Positions 63,601 to 64,000 of a DNA stretch of 64,000 nucleotides are shown one piece after another. This DNA comes from Eledone cirrhosa (taxonomy: Eukaryota), in NCBI GenBank assembly GCA_964016885.1, contig OZ024742.1, positions 205,344,001 to 205,408,000 of the forward strand, read 5' to 3'. Position numbers and translations under genes: made by a program. Below the pieces are notes generated by a model, which saw only the letters and a program-made list of their open reading frames with translations, had not been told where the DNA came from and did not search any database. Each line of letters begins with the position of its first letter. Positions within the stretch are counted from its first letter, which is position 1.

Positions 63601-64000
63601 TCTGAGCTAAATCTAAGTTAAATCTAAGCTAAATTCAATCTAAATCAACGCTAAATCTAGTCTGAATCTAAGCTTAATCTGAGCTAAATTTAAGGTAAAT
63701 CTCACCTAAATGTAAGTTAAATCTAGGCTAAACCTAAGAATAAGCTAAGCTAAATCTAAGCTAAGTCTAAGCTAAAATTCACCTAAATCTCACATAAATC
63801 GAAGTCAAATCTAAACTACATCTAAGCTAAATCTAAGCTAAATCTAAGCTAAATTTAAGCTAAATCCTAGCTAAATCTAAACTAAATCTAAGCTAAATCT
63901 AAGCTAAATCTAACCTAAATCTAGTCTAAATCTAAGCTAAATCTGTGTTAAATCTGAGGTAAATCTCACTTAAATCTAAGTTAAATCTAAGCTAAATCTA
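51656..64000. repeat. 11-bp satellite (CTAAGCTAAAT)n with variant cassettes, continuing past the window end
   Basis: More than 12.3 kb of 11-mers. Variants include ctcacctaaat, ctgagctaaat and cgaagtcaaat. Confidence 0.98.

Overview
Eukaryotic, AT-rich, repeat-dominated DNA, probably from an octopus or other cephalopod. That assignment is inferred from SINE style, RTE LINEs with C2H2 tails and microsatellite load, and is not proven. The only host-gene piece I can support is the last coding exon of an AP-1/AP-2 beta-adaptin (7979-8053, +). The rest is transposon debris: an intact-ORF RTE LINE with three C-terminal C2H2 fingers in (TATG)n, a decayed R4/Dong-like element in (TAA)n, a decayed RTE with a PHD finger, Penelope-like elements, mariners, a Helitron fragment, solo-LTR-like elements, MITEs and tRNA-derived SINEs. 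An 11-bp satellite of more than 12 kb runs off the right end. The strongest unexplained signal is a dense set of type I hammerhead ribozyme (HHR) motifs, read by eye: about 12 foldable plus several degenerate ones. Most lie in short, mutually unrelated non-coding units inserted in (TA)n. They include a 659-bp tandem array with one HHR per unit, a 424-bp tandem unit, fold-back copies whose symmetry axis sits at the ribozyme, variants with long branched stem II, and one HHR next to a telomere-like tract. This looks like a family of retrozyme-like or Penelope-dependent non-autonomous retroelements. All folds and family assignments were made by eye and need computational and experimental confirmation.
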